A DNA stretch of 64,000 nucleotides from Octopus vulgaris (Eukaryota): positions 199,268,001-199,332,000 of the forward strand of contig OX597814.1 in the NCBI GenBank assembly GCA_951406725.2, written 5' to 3'. The translations under genes and the position numbers were made by a program. The stretch's first letter is position 1, and each line of letters begins with the position of its first letter. Below, in pieces: positions 51,882 to 62,761 of the stretch. The notes beneath the pieces are model-generated. The model saw nothing but the letters and a program-made list of their open reading frames with translations. It did no database searches and was not told the origin of the DNA.

Positions 51882-51987
51882 GTATTAGCTACGGCGGTAC
51901 ATATTCTAAAATTGGAATGATTAAGAGTAAATTAGCAAGGCTCCTGCGTAAGGATGACACGCAAATTCGTTAAGCGTTCCATATTTT
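51882..51987 (+). pseudogene. U6: U6 snRNA full-length diverged copy, probably a pseudogene
   Basis: 106 nt, colinear with U6 as recalled (about 16 substitutions against human U6, no indels); ends AAGCGTTCCATATTTT; the ACAGAGA box reads TAAGAGT. Confidence 0.9.
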
Positions 51988-51992
51988 CTATA

Positions 51993-52799
51993 GCCGTAGG
52001 AGTGGCTGTGTGGTAAGTAGCTTGCTTACCAACCACATGGTTCTGGGTTTAGTCCCACTGCGTGGCAACTTGGGCAAGTGTCTTCTACTATAGCCTCGGT
52101 CCGACCAAAACCTTGTGAGTGGATTTGGTAGACGGAAACTGAATGAAGCCCGTCATAGATTTTCGTTATTTTTCCCTTTTGCCTGCGTGGATTGTTTTCA
52201 AGTACTTTGGTCTTTCTGGGAGCCTCTTTTAAAGTAGAAGGAATAGCTAAGATTTTTTGGCTGCTATTTCTAAACTTCGGTATGTGGTGAAGCAAATCTT
52301 TGCTGAACCCTAATTATATAGTATTAGCAGTATCGCCCGGCGTTGCTCAAGTTTGTAAGGGAAATAACTATAAAGCATATTTAGAGAGTTATAGCCAAAA
52401 AATAGCAAAAAAATGGAAAAAAATGATGGTAAATTTTTTTAGAGTTAAAAAAGGTGGAGTTGCGTCCCCTAGACAGTTTGTGGTTTGTGTTTCTGATTCT
52501 CGACCCCATGTCGAATTTATCGATTTTTTTCAGAACTGGGGGAACTTTTCAAAATTTTCGCTGCGTTAGTTTTGAATTATGATATTGGGCTATGTGTGTG
52601 TCAAGTTTCATCAGAATCGGTTGAAAGCCGTGGTCAGGGTGAGGTTACAAGCAAACAGACACACAGAAACACACACAGACAAACTGCCGTTTATATAGAG
52701 AGAGATTACTTAAGCTTACCATGAAATGGTCTTTTTCATGCCGAATTCTACTTGGTGAAATTACTGATTACTTCTTAATTAATTAGTTTTACCCTTTGT

Positions 52800-52843
<44 letters not shown>

Positions 52844-53088
52844 GTGTGTGTATATGTATGTGTATATATATATATATATATGTGTTTGTGTTTGTCCCCC
52901 CAACATCGCTTGATAACCGATGCTGGTGTGTTTACGTCGCCGTAACTTAGCGGTTCGGAAAAAGAGACCGATTGAATAAGTACTAGGCTTACAAAGAATA
53001 AGTCCTGTCATCGATTTGCTCGACTAATGGCGGTGCTCCAGCATGGCAACAGTCAAATGACTGAGACAAGTAAAAGCGTAAAAGAGTA
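51993..53088 (+). mobile_element. SINE family B split at its internal microsatellite by about 650 bp that includes a Helitron
   Basis: 5' half 51993-52155; (TA)n 52802-52880; 3' half 52880-53088. Confidence 0.85.
52324..52705 (-). mobile_element. Non-autonomous Helitron
   Basis: A|TC start, subterminal hairpin, CTAA|T end; near-identical to 60939-61323. Confidence 0.85.
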
Positions 53089-53099
53089 TGTTTATTAGG

Positions 53100-54180
53100 G
53101 ATGATACAGAAAGGAGAAAAAAGATTAGATAAGGACGTATCTGATACTGGCATAAGGTAAGACATTTGAAAAAACACTTCGTATTCCATATGCAGGATGT
53201 TGAACTAACCAGGATGTTAAGAATGAAGTAGTTGGGAGAAAATACAGACTAGGAGTTTTTTTTGTCGGAAAATAGAATGGTTTGGTCAGGCATAAACCAA
53301 CCCCTAATAAAATAAAGTATAAGTAGTTCAAGAACGGGTGGTTGAGCGACATCCTGGGACGGACAGGGAGGAAGTTGGTGGATAACATAAGTCTGGTTGA
53401 TGACCAGGAGACATGGTGGGAAGTATTCATTGGAATCTTTCACCACTTTTATTTCTTTTTCAAGACGACTATATTGTAGTTCTAGTGTGCCTTTGGCTTG
53501 GCCGTCAGGACAATCATTCCTACAGATATCGTACATGGTTTTAGCGAAAATATCGTTTCATGCGAACTTTTTTGGACAGACACCGATGACGTGAGTGCTA
53601 TCTTTCACAATAAGGCGGCGAGCTGGCAGAAACGTTAGCACGCCGGGCGAAATGCTAAGCGGTATTTCGTCTGCCGCTACGTTCTGGGTTCAAATTCCGC
53701 CGAGGTCGACTTTGCCTTTCATCCTTTCGGGGTCGATTAAATAAGTACCAGTTACGCAATGGGGTCGATATAATCGACTTAATCCGTTTGTCTGTCCTTG
53801 TTTGTCCCCTCTGTGTTTAGCTCCTTGTGGGCAATAAAGAAATAGGTATTTCGTCTGCCGCTACGTTCTGAGTTCAAATTCTGTCGAGGTCGACTTTGCC
53901 TTTCATCCTTTCGGGTTCGATAAATTAAGTACCAGTTGCGTACTGGGGGTCGATCTAATTGACTGGCCATCTCCCCCAAAGTTTCAGGCCTTGTGCCTAG
54001 AGTAGAAAAGGATATCTTTCATAGTGGTGTGGCATAGTCAACATTTTCTATTACAATTCGAAGGTTTAGATGCATTTTTGTTTTTTGTTGACCCTCTGTT
54101 CACTAGCGATAGATTGTATCAGGATAGCGAAGGTGGAGTTGAGATGTGAAGTACCAATCACAGGTTCAGTAGTATCCGCC
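53100..54180 (-). mobile_element. R4/Dong-like C-terminal fragment interrupted by a SINE A dimer
   Basis: Joining across the SINE gives CNRKC*LCHTTMKDSTHVIGVCPK (CCHC knuckle). Outer boundaries are uncertain. Confidence 0.55.
53614..54012 (+). mobile_element. SINE family A dimer (alternative tail)
   Basis: Same structure as 9156-9554; TSD core TATCTTTCA. Confidence 0.9.
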
Positions 54181-54478
54181 TTTCCTATCAAAGTTTAGCT
54201 TTCATTTTTAAGGAACGGATCCTTCAGACCCATACACACACAGCACACACACATGGCAATTAAGTTCTAATATAACTCATCAAAGAAAAGTAGTTTAATA
54301 AACATCAGTGTGCGCATGCATGCGTGTGCGTGTGTATGCGCGCGCACGTTCTGTGCATACGGTGATTTTTAAGCAAATAATATCTTTCCTTCTACACTTC
54401 TAGTTTATGAGTCATCTGCGAGCGAATAAGTTCATAGCAATTGCACGTACTGTCTATTTGATAAGAGATTAGTCGAAA

Positions 54479-54710
54479 GGCGGCGAGCTGGCAGAATCGT
54501 TAGCACGTCGGGCGAAATGCTTAGCGGCATTTCGTCTGCCGTTACGTTCTGAGTTCAAATTCCGCCGGGATCGACTTAGCCTTTCTTCCTTTCGGGGTCG
54601 ATAAATTAAGTACCAGTTATGCACTGGGGTCGATGTAATCGACTTAATCTCTTTGTCTGTCATTGTTTGTCCCGTCTATGTTTAGACCCCTTGTGGGCAA
54701 TAAAGAAATG
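54479..54710 (+). mobile_element. SINE family A monomer
   Basis: TSD AGATTAGTCGA. Confidence 0.9.
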
Positions 54711-56051
54711 AGTAGATTAGTCGATGCAATTGTTCCTCAATATATTACTGGTATTCATTTTTAGCGAACGTGTGGAGATTCAATATCAGATCGAAGACAA
54801 ACAAAGCTACTCTGCATTTGATCTGACGTCCTTACACACACTGATGTTTATCACACTCCTCCATCTTCTCTTCTTTGGTAAATAATATCATCTAATATGT
54901 ACTTTAATATTATATATGTCCCATTAAATTATACAGCAGAAGACTCTAGCTTTCTGATTTATAATCTCTATTTCCGTTTAGAAGTAAAACTTTTACAAGA
55001 CCATTCATATACGCTTGTTGTTTAATTTGTGTCGTTGAAGTTGGAAATGGAAACTAAATTTCTCGTTAATATCATGTAGGAAATATAGATTACAAATTAA
55101 ATGGAAGTAGAATAGTTATAAGTAGCAATAGTCTACACTAAGTAGAAATATTGTTTGGAATATAAGTAAATGGAAATGAAGATACTGGAAGCTATTTATA
55201 TTAATCCACCTTCTCATTTTATTGCACATCTTTGTGTTTTGCTGCTTTTCCAATATCGATATGGGAAGGCGGGAACAATAAATTTTATTTTATTTGCACT
55301 GTAGTTATTTGCTTTCTCCTTTCATCATAAAGAAACCAGTTTTCGCCATTCTTCTTACTTCGGGACAACTAAATGTGTTGTTTGTTTATTTCAGTCTGGC
55401 TCTATTAAGTTTTGTTGCTCCAACATTAGAGATATTTATGGGCCGCAAAATGAGTTTAATGAATTCAATACGATCGAGTGATTTCATCGTTTGAATATTT
55501 CTGTTAATTATAAGAAGCAATAACGGTTTACAAATTTCCTTTTCCTAACAACTGTAAAGAAGTGTGATTGTTCTTCGAATTTAGTTTTCCTAGATCTACA
55601 TTTCTAATGAGCACTAATGATAGCCTTTCTTCGACGATTCTCTTTAATTGTAATTTCAAACCAGATCTGTCCTGAGACTATAAATAAATTGAAGTAAATA
55701 TCCAATGATTATTACAAGAAGGATAAGACCGAACAGTTAAAATCTTCAAAACTTTCCCGAAGTTTATCCTCTAAAAACAAACATGAATTAACTTATAGGT
55801 GTGAACACATAAAAATACATACGCAAACACACATATATTCAGACAAACACGCGTACGCGCACACGCAAGTACTCCCATCTCCAGCCTTACGTGATACACA
55901 CAAACCCGGGTTTCTGAATAGTTACCCGTCTTCGGTGTGCGATAATCACCAGCTAGTGATGAAAACTCATTCACTCGTAAAATACTATATGCTTTTTCCA
56001 GCGACAAACTATCACTGATCTCGAAAAAGGAGAAATTAGCTATATTAAATT

Positions 56052-56450
56052 TCTGAGCGAGAGTAAAAAGTAACAGTTCGGAATCGTAAAATATATTTGC
56101 CAACTAACTATGGAAGTCCCTAAAGAGGACGGTGTTACTGTTGCTTTTAGCCCCAGGAAGACATCTCCTGGCTAACGACACACTGTTTGTGTCTGATTTG
56201 TATTTGCGAGAAGAGATCATCACTAACCCAGAAACTCAAGTCTGTGTTTATCACGTAACGCTAGAAATGGGAGCGATGACTTCCTCTCGCAAATACTAAT
56301 CGGACACGGACAGTGAGTCGTTAGCCAGCTGGAGGAGATGTCTTCCTGGGGCTAAAAATAACAGTAACATCGTCTTCTATGGGACCGCCACATTTAGTTG
56401 GAAAATATATTTTACGATTCCGTACTGTTACTCTTTACCACTCGCTCAGA
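56052..56450. repeat. Long imperfect inverted repeat (MITE/fold-back-like), arms about 170 bp
   Basis: 56052-56223 against 56275-56450, roughly 85% identical by eye; the loop is an inverted copy of 55872-55916. Confidence 0.85.
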
Positions 56451-58019
56451 GAGGTACACAGTAACAGTGTATGTATATATATGTATATATGTGTATATAT
56501 ATGTATATATGTGTATATATATGTATATATGTGTATATATATGTATATATGTGTATATATATGTATATATGTATATATATATGTATATAATGTACTGACA
56601 TGTATATACATATATATACATGTACTGACACACACACACATATGTGTGTGTGTGCGCGCGTCAGTCAACGACTATTGAAAAGTTTGCAAGATGCCACGGA
56701 TACTTTAGAAAAAATGAGTAACTAAATGAGTGGAAATCGAACTGGTGAGTGTGTTAGATAATAAGGCACTAAAAGACAATGACCCTCCCCAGACACAATG
56801 ACTGATGGCTAACAAATGCTTACCTGAATATTTTGTAACATTTGTTGTTGCTTAGTCCTGGCTGAGCAGACGTATGACATACTGGTCTCTCTTCGCAGGC
56901 CTGACTGCAGAAGGAGGAGTTAATGGATATCGGCATTAATATGTCCTGTGATGATCATTTGTCGTTCTTGACCCTCAAATTATTCATGGAAAAATTGACT
57001 ATTCCAGTGTAATCCTGAAACACTGTATTTATGTCTACATCAACAAATAATTACGGTGTTTGATCTAAAAAGTGCTTTGGCTGTTCTTTTTAGCAGGTCG
57101 ACGAGCAAATAGTTCTTGTACTGATATTTAAGAGAGAGACACATCATCGTTGTCATATTCATTCGTCGTTGTTCCTATTTTACAATTATGAAGTTCCACT
57201 CTCCTTGTAAAAACTCTATCCTTATTCCCAGTAATAATGCAATAATCATTCTGATTGTGTCAGATTCGTTCAGGTTTTTCAACGCTCAATAATTTACGTT
57301 GACTTCCTTAGCATACATTTTAGAGGTCTCATTTCTAGTGAGAATAGCATCACAGAGATGGCTTCTGTGGTATGTCATCCATTAGATATTACATCATGTA
57401 GTTACTTGTCTAGCTTCAGTGTACTGACTTAGAAAGTAGCCACATATATGCTTTAATCAATGTTTTAAGGAAGAAAAATACAATCTATGAGTGGAGAACA
57501 AAACTATTTTCCTTTTCTAATCCAGTTAGACTGTAATCATGTTCTTTATATATTTTCGAACTTCTAATAGGAACTTTGTGATCAATATTTACTCGACATT
57601 CCTCCAAACTTATTCCTTGACAATTGATTGTTCATCTATAATCACATTATTAAATTTGGTGCTATTCTAGGGGAACAGGTTGAAGCAAATTGTACACTGT
57701 TTGTATATAAAGTTCTGACATTCAGTTAGAAGGTAGCTTTTAACTAAGACTGTCACCTTGTTCTTAGCTGCCCTGCTATGGTTTTGCTATTGTCGATTAA
57801 GTGTAACAACATTCCCACTGAAGGCTGACAAGTTGATTACAGTAAAAGCATATTGTACCTGGGATTTTGCTATCTTAAAGTGTTTCCAACATCATTCTAG
57901 ATACATTATTACCATACATGGTACAGTTTAAGTTTTACATAAAACGTGAAATATCCAACAGTAAAAGACTGGGAACTAAAAGTCAAACTGAGGAAGGCGT
58001 TGAAGGTCCCAGAAACTGT

Positions 58020-58620
58020 CGTCTCAACATCCTTACTGACAGATATTGCGCTTATTACGGAAGCATCCAAGCAGGTGTTTTGGCTGTGTTTTTAGAACTC
58101 TCTGTTCCTTGGGACGACCGCATCGAGAAGATAAACGAAAGTAAGACGGAGGAGGAGTTTTGTTGCGCTTGTGGAGCTGTGCCAAAGCAATGGAAGACAA
58201 GCAAGGTGTTTGTTCCTTCTCGAGCCATGTCTGGCTCATAAGGGCCGGTTTCCCGGTTTCATTGGCGTATAGGTTCCCCAATTTGACGGGACGGCGGTCC
58301 GTCGCAGGTGAGCTGCAAGATGCAGGAGGAAAGAGTGAGAGAAAGTTGTGGCGAAACAGTCAGCAGAGGTTCGCCATTACCTTCTGCCGGAACCGCGGAG
58401 AGCTTAGATGTTTCGCTCATAAACACACACATCGCCCGGTCTGAGATTCGAACCCGCGATCCCTCGACGGCGAGTCCGCTGCTCTAACCACTAGGCCATG
58501 TGCCTCCACTAAGCAAGGTTTGATCTGAACTAAGTAGGTTTGCAGGCCAGTTCCTCTGCAAAACTTATAACATGCTTGGCGGTAGAGGCAGCAGAGATTG
58601 TCTGAAGGTGGCTGTAAATC
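58020..58620 (+). mobile_element. HERO-like RLE non-LTR endonuclease fragment interrupted by SINE D
   Basis: FLELSVPWDDRIEKINESK resembles the HERO-type LELTVPWEER motif; GFAGQ-like remnant after the SINE. Confidence 0.65.
58210..58507 (-). mobile_element. SINE family D (family C-like head, different 3' tail)
   Basis: Head GGAGGCACATGGCCTAGTGGTTAG...GGTTCGAATC; tail GAAACCGGCCCTTATGAGCC; TSD AAGCAAGGT. Confidence 0.85.
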
Positions 58621-58828
58621 AAGAGGTGCCAGTCCTTGAAGGAGTAGTGCTACCTGGGGTAGTTCTAATTGGATAAAAACCAGGGCTTGATCATCTCAGG
58701 CTATTTCATCCAGGTGAAGGTATCTGATTATTGAGAAATCCCAAACACCTAATGACCCCAGGAAACATCACTGATAATATGTTCAAGTGCATCACATGAT
58801 GGTATGTAAAACAGTTATAAGGCTATAA

Positions 58829-59243
58829 GGCGGCGAGCTGGCAGAAACGTTAGCACGCCGGGCGAAATGCTCAGCGGTATTTCGTCTGCCGTTACGCTCT
58901 GAGTTCAAATTCCGCCGAGGTTGACTTTGCCTTTCATCCTTTCGGGGTCGATAAATTAAGTACCAGTTACACACTGGGGAAGATGTAATCGACTAAATCC
59001 GTTTGTCTGTCCTTGTTTATCCCCTCTGTATTTAGCCCTTGTGGGTAGTAAAGAAATAGGTATTTCGTCTGCCGCTACGTTCTGAGTTCAAATTCCGCCG
59101 AGGTCGACTTTGCATTTCATCCTTTCGGGGTCGATTAAATAAGTACCAGTTACGCACTGGGGTCGATGTAATTGCCTAAATCCGTTTCTCTGTCCTTGTT
59201 TGTCCCTTCTGTGTATAACCCCTTGTGGGTAGTAAAGAAATAG
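58829..59243 (+). mobile_element. SINE family A dimer
   Basis: Two units with the AAATAGGTATTTCG junction; imperfect TSD TATGTAAAA.AGTTA. Confidence 0.9.
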
Positions 59244-59679
59244 ATATGTAAAAGAGTTAATCAACCTCTCGTTCAAATAGGTTTCCGGTCTATATTCCCC
59301 TCAAGGATGTGGTGTTATTTTCCTTCTCTTGGGATGGAACTCTTAGGCTTCAATTTGCTGCACTTTCATTACCCTGTTCACTAACTTTTTGGTATTGGCC
59401 TAGTATTATATTGATTATTTATCTTTCAGCCATCTCCAGCTTTTAATTCTTGTTTCATAGATATCAGCATTTAATTCTCTTTGTCTGAGATATCGTTTTT
59501 CAGTTCTTCTTTCAAAGATATCAGCTATTAATTCTCGTTTCAGAGTTATCAATTGCCATTTCCAAACATCATCGCAATTTTCTCTTTCAATTTTCATTTG
59601 ATGAAAGGTGAAGTTATTTATTTTATTACATTTCATAAAAGTTTCAACATAATTATGGCAACTTTTCTCTCAGGTCTAG

Positions 59680-59860
59680 ATCATCATCATCATCTTGTTC
59701 TTCTTGTTCTTCCTTTTCTTCTTCTCCCTTTTTCTTCTTCTTGTCCTTCTTCGTTTTGTTGTTGTTGTTGTTGTTCTTTTTCTTCTTGTTCTTCGTTTTT
59801 TTCTTCCTGTTGTTGTTCTTCTTTTTCTTCCTCCCCCTCCTCCTCTTCTTCTTCTTGTCT
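59680..59860. repeat. (TTC/TTG)n degenerate microsatellite
   Basis: Direct reading. Confidence 0.9.
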
Positions 59861-60261
59861 TTGATGACTTATTCTTGTTTATTTCTCTATTCCCGAGATG
59901 GTGCTCAACTCTCATTCAAAACCAGAAAAATATAAACAAGAATCTATTTACTTGAAGTTGGTTGAACTTTATCTTCTAAATGTTTCTTCCAAAGGTATTA
60001 ATCATTATCATACGCAACGGTGCAGCAGTTTATTCATAATAACGAATCAAAATATATCATAAAATCGTAACCGAAATGAAATCAACATCTTGCAGAAAAC
60101 GTTTCTTTATACATCATTTTCAGTTGGTTATATTGCATATATATCTCTCTCATGAGACATAATCACTACCATTACCGCGTGCGCATCAATTAAGATTGCT
60201 GGGTCAAAATATTTACCTACAGCCACGACGTCAGATGCCGTAGTGATATATGATAATACAA

Positions 60262-60493
60262 GGCGGCAAGCTGGCAGAAACGTTAGCACACCGGGCGAAA
60301 TGCTTAGCGGTATTGCGTCTGTCGTTGCGTTCTGAGTTCAAATTCCGCCGAGGTCGACATTGCCTTTCATCCTTTCGGGGTCGATAAATTAAGTACCAGT
60401 TACGCACTGGGGTCGATGTAATCGACTTAATCCATTTGTTTGTCCTTGTTTGTCCCCTCTATGTTTAGCCCCTTGTGGGCAATAAAGAAACAG
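60262..60493 (+). mobile_element. SINE family A monomer with 16-bp TSD
   Basis: TSD GATATATGATAATACA at 60245-60260 and 60493-60508. Confidence 0.9.
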
Positions 60494-60852
60494 ATATATG
60501 ATAATACATACATACATACATACATACATACATACATACATACATACATACATACATACATACATACATACATACATACATACGTACGTACGTACGTACG
60601 TACGTACGTACGTACGTATGTGTGTGTGTGTCTATGTACAAAGTATGGGGTGGTTTAGTTCACAGGTGATCTAAACGATTAGGTACGCTAGGTAAGTGCT
60701 GTAATAGATTACTAGGGCTCCAAGGTTATAGCCGAGATGGTAGTTATGGAGCCATTGCAGATTTCCGATGCAGCGGATATATAATTGTTAAACAGGATGT
60801 CAAACATTAAGGCAAGATAAACGTCTCATTTTCCATACTTTTTCTCCAATTT

Positions 60853-60907
60853 GTCTCTGATGACGGAATATCCCATACTCGAGGATATCCCAGAAACAGC
60901 TGTAAGC
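60853..60907 (+). ncRNA. Minimal hammerhead ribozyme-like motif
   Basis: CTGATGA 60857-60863, stem II GGAATATCC/GGATATCC, GAAA 60893-60896, palindrome CAGCTG, GTA cleavage triplet. Confidence 0.55.
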
Positions 60908-60938
60908 TTTGGGATTTTTCCTGTAATAATATTGTATA

Positions 60939-61323
60939 CTAGCAGTATCGCCCGGCGTTGCTCAGGTTTGTAAGGGAAATAACTATAAAGCATTTTTAGA
61001 GAGTTATAGCCAAAAAATAGCAAAAAAATGGAAAAAAATGATGGTAAATTTTTTTTTGAGATTTAAAAAAGGTAGAGTTGCGTCCCCTAGACAGTTTGTG
61101 GTTCGTATTCCTGATTCTCGACCCCATGTCGAATTTATCGATTTTTTTCAGAACTGGGGGAACTTTTCAAAATTTTCGCTGCGTTAGTTTTGAATTATGA
61201 CATTGGGCTATGTGTGTGTCAAGTTTCATCAGAATCGGTTGAAAGCCGTGGTCAGGGTGAGGGTACAAGCAAACAGACACACAGAAACACGCACAGACAA
61301 ACTGCTGTTTATATAGAGAGAGA
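60939..61323 (-). mobile_element. Non-autonomous Helitron
   Basis: A|TC start, hairpin, CTAG|T end. Confidence 0.9.
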
Positions 61324-61514
61324 TGACTTGATATGTTTGCCCTGCCTTAATGTTTGACGTTCTGTTTAACAATTATATATATGTATGTATGTATGCATAC
61401 CATTAATTCAAAATTTCTTGCCAAAGAACCGGTTTCTAACCTAGATCCAAGGCTCCTTCATTGGAATTTCAACATCGCAGGAGTTTATTCCTGATAATGT
61501 GTATATGTATGAGC

Positions 61515-61569
<55 letters not shown>

Positions 61570-61804
61570 AACACATACATATTTACAACTATATATATTC
61601 GTTTATTTCTTTCGGTCACTAGACTGCGGCTATGCTGCGGCGCCACCTTGAAGAATGTTTGGTCGAATGAGATTAATTACAGTACTTATTGCTAAGCTTG
61701 GTACTTATTCTACCGGTCTTTCTTGTCGAGCCGCTATGTTACGTGTACATAAACATACTAACAGCAGTTCTCAAGTGGTGGTGAGAAAAAAACCCAAACA
61801 CACT

Positions 61805-61835
<31 letters not shown>

Positions 61836-61896
61836 GCACACACATAAACACAGGCTTATACTCGCGCGCGCACGCACATACATACATACATACATA

Positions 61897-62751
61897 CGAG
61901 GTGCGTTCAAAAAGTATCTGATTTTGTTTTTTCACACCAAAACTAATGCCTGCATGAGCAAAATCCCTGAGGTGGTATGTGACGCTACCCTTCCTATGCA
62001 TGCGGAAAAAGTTTTGCGCCTATAAGCCACGTCAGTTCCCAGCTGTTACGCCTAGAGCAAATATGTGGAGTGCGCGTCCCTTGGATTTCCGTTTTTACCG
62101 AACACACCGAGCAGAAATAGTGTATCTATGTTTTTGTTAAATGCTTGGTGATAGACTCAAAGAATCCAGAAGATTCAGTAGGTGTTTGGCGATGGTGCCA
62201 TGGGCAAGAACATATCAAAGAGTGGTTCAACCGCTTCAAACATGGCCACATCTCAGTGGAGAAAGAGTCACGTTCAGAAGGGCCATCCACGAGCCAAAAC
62301 GAGGAGCTGATTGAGAAGGCTCGGCGAATAGTCATGTAAGTCAATGGAAGATTGGCGAATAGTGATGCAAGAGTGTAACAATCCCAGAAATTACTCACGA
62401 AGTGGGAATATGCACCAAATTAGTGTATTCCATTTCAACGGAGGATTTGTGCATGCAGAAATCGTTCAGGATATACTGAACTGTGCAAATCACGAACCTG
62501 ACCCAAACTTCGTGACTGATAATGAGACATGGTTTTATGGTCTCTGCTCGATGCGTTCGCTCACCTTGCATGAAACTAGAAATCCGACGAGCGCACCATT
62601 CTACGTCTGTACTCGAGGCGTAACAGCCTAGAGCTGAAGCGGCTTACTGGTGTAGGAAAGGTGGAGTCAGCTCTCATCCAGAGGATTTTGCCCACGCGGG
62701 ATTAGTTTTGGCGAGAAAATATAAAGGTAGATGCCTTTTGAAGGTACTTCG
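61897..62751 (+). mobile_element. Internally deleted mariner with long (about 200 bp) imperfect TIRs
   Basis: EWFNRFKHGHISVEKESRSEGPST (HTH) and FVTDNETWFY (TGDETW-like); 61897-62090 is inverted relative to 62578-62751. Confidence 0.85.
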
Positions 62752-62761
62752 TGTATACGAC

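Noticed and set aside
56824-56904. 81-nt open minus-strand exon candidate with good splice sites
   Set aside because: Overlaps a degenerate repeat tail and has no partner exons on that strand.
59425-59560. Repeat peptide RELIADIFE/RELNADIYE
   Set aside because: The underlying unit is about 29 bp, not a codon multiple; a degenerate minisatellite.
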